Shown piece by piece: positions 61,447 through 64,000 of a stretch of 64,000 bases of DNA. The position numbers and the translations under genes are program-made. The notes below the pieces were generated by a model. The model did not search any database. It was not told where the DNA came from and saw nothing but the letters and a program-made list of their open reading frames with translations. The DNA is from Zygnema circumcarinatum SAG 698-1b (lineage: Eukaryota; Plantae; Zygnematophyceae): positions 2,542,001 to 2,606,000 of the forward strand of contig CM074817.1 of assembly GCA_037447605.1 (NCBI GenBank), given 5' to 3'. Numbering within the stretch: position 1 is the stretch's first letter; each line of letters opens with the position of its first letter.

Positions 61447-62917
61447 GGCGGCCCTGCTCGCGGAAGCGCTCGGAGGCGGCAGCGATGGTTCCCTCACACT
61501 TCGGTGTAGGTCCCCGGGGGGGGGGGGGCAGGGCTCGGCCACAAGACGACAAGGACGGGCCGACATTTCCGCTGACGTGACGGATAACGATTGGGGCTGG
61601 TGCGTGCTGATTGGACAGCTGCCTATTTTGTCGCATGCGCGATCTAGCCGCGGCTGTGTTTTGTGGGAGACGGCGCATGCGACAAAAATCTCAGGACCGA
61701 TACTATGCGACAAACGTGCCGTCCTGTGGAACCAAGCTTTTATGGTGTACAGTAAACAACGCTCCAATGTGTAAGGTCGATCTGTTAACGCCCTGTGATT
61801 GGTTGACGTAAGATTCGCGGTCAGACAAGAAAAGTTTTTCATCGTGCCTTTAGCCTGATTTTGAAAAAAAAATGACAAGATCTGGTTCATAAGATAAAGA
61901 CACAGTACGGCCGCCGGCCGGACTAACATAATACCGGTCGCCTATTGTTAACACGGACTTCCTTATATTTGCAAATTCCAAGATTTTCGCCCAATATTTG
62001 CCGAAACCATGGCGAAAATATTAGGGGGGGTAATGCAGTGTTGTCGCGGACCCGCGGTGCAAAAGTAGAAGGTTATCGGCGGTATCGGAAGATATCGCTG
62101 GCCACCACTGATACTGTACGGTAGGTACGTGCCGACAAGGGATAACGACAAAATAACCGAAGGCGATATAGCCGTTGGAATGGTCGGTGGCTCCTGATTG
62201 GTTGCGCAATTCTCTTCTAGATCCAAGCGAGTGGAAATAGCGTTCTTCACTGTGACCTTACACTGCCTTCGTAAAAGCGCACAGCCCACAACCATGATAC
62301 CGTCGTGTGGAATTTTGTACCTGGTTGGTCAGGTTGATACTGAGGGTGCGCCTAACGGCCAAACGTGCGGGGTGAGGGTGCGCGTAACTCGATCTTTGTA
62401 CTACTGCTGAGGTAGGCGCACCAATCACATTTTTGTCACTTGCTAGTCATATTTAGTGATCGCAGCGACTAACCAAATGTATTGAAAAATAAAGTTGGTC
62501 AAATCGAACCTTAGTCAGATTAGCAGTCAGTTTAGTCAGGTTTAGTCATATTGGGTGGCTCATTTTCCAATATTTGTCCTGTTCTTGTCAGTGCATGCAG
62601 CCCACGTGGCGGCTCCACACTGGTTCCCATCCTATGGCATTAATTTGAGAATTTTTGAAGAGAAAAAAAAAAAACATAGCATCGACAGTATGACAAGAAA
62701 TTGAAACTTTGAGATTATTTTTTTCTCTTGGGAAAAATCGTAACGAAGATCACCTTCTCTTTTGTACAGACAGTGTCTCCGTTTGGTTCGAATCACCGAA
62801 AAATGAGATTTTTTTTTTTCCATCACGATTTTTTCATTTCATTGTACATAATCTTGAAATTTCAAAACCATAAAAATTCTGAAACTACTCGCGTCCGCCG
62901 TTCCATTCCAAAATCGA

Positions 62918-63853
62918 TTATTCGAAAATATCCTGCACCTCGATCCGGCTGTGTTGGCTGCTCCCACATCCCAAACAGCAATACGCGCACCACTCAGAAT
63001 ACGAAGGGTGTGCCCCAACACCCCTTTTTTTGCACCACCGCATTCATTCATTACATTTTGTTGCTTCCCCAAATTTCAGACCCAAAAAAAAAAAAAAGCC
63101 CAATTCCGACGTATTTGAAGCGAAAAACCCGAAAGCCGCATCATTTTCTTTCAGTGGAGACCCCGATGCAAAAGAACCCTCAAACCAACCAGACACCCGG
63201 TTTGCGGTTTCTGGTTTCTGGTTTCTGGTTTGCGGTTTGCGGTTTGCGGTGTTTTGCGCTCACTGGTCGTCCTTGGAGATGCGGTAATAGCGCTCCGCGT
63301 GCTGCTTTCGGCCAATCATTTGCGCGAACCGCTCGTCGTGAGTGATCACGATCAGCTGAAAGTTCTCCTGCGCTCGCCGCTCCTCCATTATGCTGCAACC
63401 AACGAACGAACAAACAAACAAACAAAGAAAGGATTCTTTTTCGGGTTAGGGTTAGGGTTAGAGTTTAGGGTTACGGTTACGGTTAGCGTTAGAGTTAGGG
63501 TCAGGAAAAGTGGGAAAGAGGATGAGCGGGAGAAGATCTACACTCTACACCCTATAAACCTTACACCGTAAATAAAATCAAAACTCTTCAACCCCAAAAA
63601 CCGAGCCCCAAAAAGAACCCAATACCTTCACCCTAACCTTGATACTCCTCAACCTCAAACCCTAAACCCTAAACCCTAAGCCCTAAACCTTAAGCCCTAA
63701 ACCCTAAACTTGCACGCACCGCAGCAGCGCGGCCGCGAGGCTGTCGGCGTTGGGCGCGTCGAGATTGGTGGTGGGCTCGTCGAGGGCCAAAATGCCGCAG
63801 TTCAGACAGAAGGTCTCCGCCAGGGCGAGCCGGATCACCAGCGAGGCCAGAAC
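62918..63853 (-). CDS. RAD50: DNA repair protein RAD50, last three exons (63853-63720, 63392-63264, 62957-62918); gene continues beyond window end. Absent from the ORF track.
   Basis: Spliced translation [83 protein letters not shown] contains the Walker B/D-loop and H-loop of the RAD50 ATPase. Confidence 0.95.
63443..63709. repeat. Interstitial telomere-type arrays in opposite orientations: (GGGTTA)n at 63443-63502 and (AAACCCT)n at 63657-63709
   Basis: Read directly; both lie inside RAD50 intron 63393-63719. Confidence 0.9.
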
Positions 63854-63929
63854 CTGGGCGTCATGAGGAGGGGCAGTGAGCCAGCTCCGTTAGGCCAGAC
63901 TGGGCCTGGGGTCAGGGCCAGGCCGGGCC

Positions 63930-64000
63930 TGGGCCAGGCCAGGCCAGGCCAGGCCAGGCCAGGCCAGGCCAGGCCAGGCCAGGCCAGGCCAGGCCAGGCC
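63930..64000. repeat. (CCAGG)n pentamer array in a RAD50 intron, running off the window end
   Basis: Read directly. Confidence 0.9.

Noticed and set aside
62440-62550. TTAGTCA motif repeated about four times
   Set aside because: Too short and degenerate, with no element boundaries, to support a call.
62785-62796. GGTTCGAATC B-box / tRNA T-loop
   Set aside because: No paired T-stem, A-box or cloverleaf around it.
63657-63709. True chromosome end
   Set aside because: The array is short, degenerate and flanked on both sides by RAD50 exons.

Overview
Eukaryotic nuclear DNA from a compact, intron-rich streptophyte genome. The plant-type gene set, the homopurine/homopyrimidine introns and the 10-N scaffold gaps suggest a zygnematophycean alga such as Closterium (inference, not verified). 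I reconstructed 13 spliced genes by hand from GT/GC-AG boundaries and remembered family motifs: a GCIP/CCNDBP1 homologue (5' part missing), a TIGR04168-type metallophosphoesterase, an FkbM methyltransferase, the plastid triose-phosphate translocator TPT, BAGP1 (C2-GRAM-VASt), a class-3 lipase, RPS21, an unknown 65-aa membrane protein, AXY9, ETF-beta, an Hv1-type proton channel, a secreted polyamine oxidase, and the 3' end of RAD50. Most long ORFs in the supplied track are microsatellite artefacts. The most unusual signal is that telomere-type repeats are polarised inside introns: (T)TTAGGG just after 5' splice sites and CCCTAA near 3' ends, with both complementary arrays present in one RAD50 intron. 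Other notable items are a 3-kb all-purine intron, a duplicated palindromic CCAAT/ACGT promoter module, a CRE-like retroelement fragment, a GC-AG intron in Hv1, a Cys-rich tail on the polyamine oxidase, and a probable false 1.19-kb duplication across a gap. No tRNA, rRNA or CRISPR array was found.
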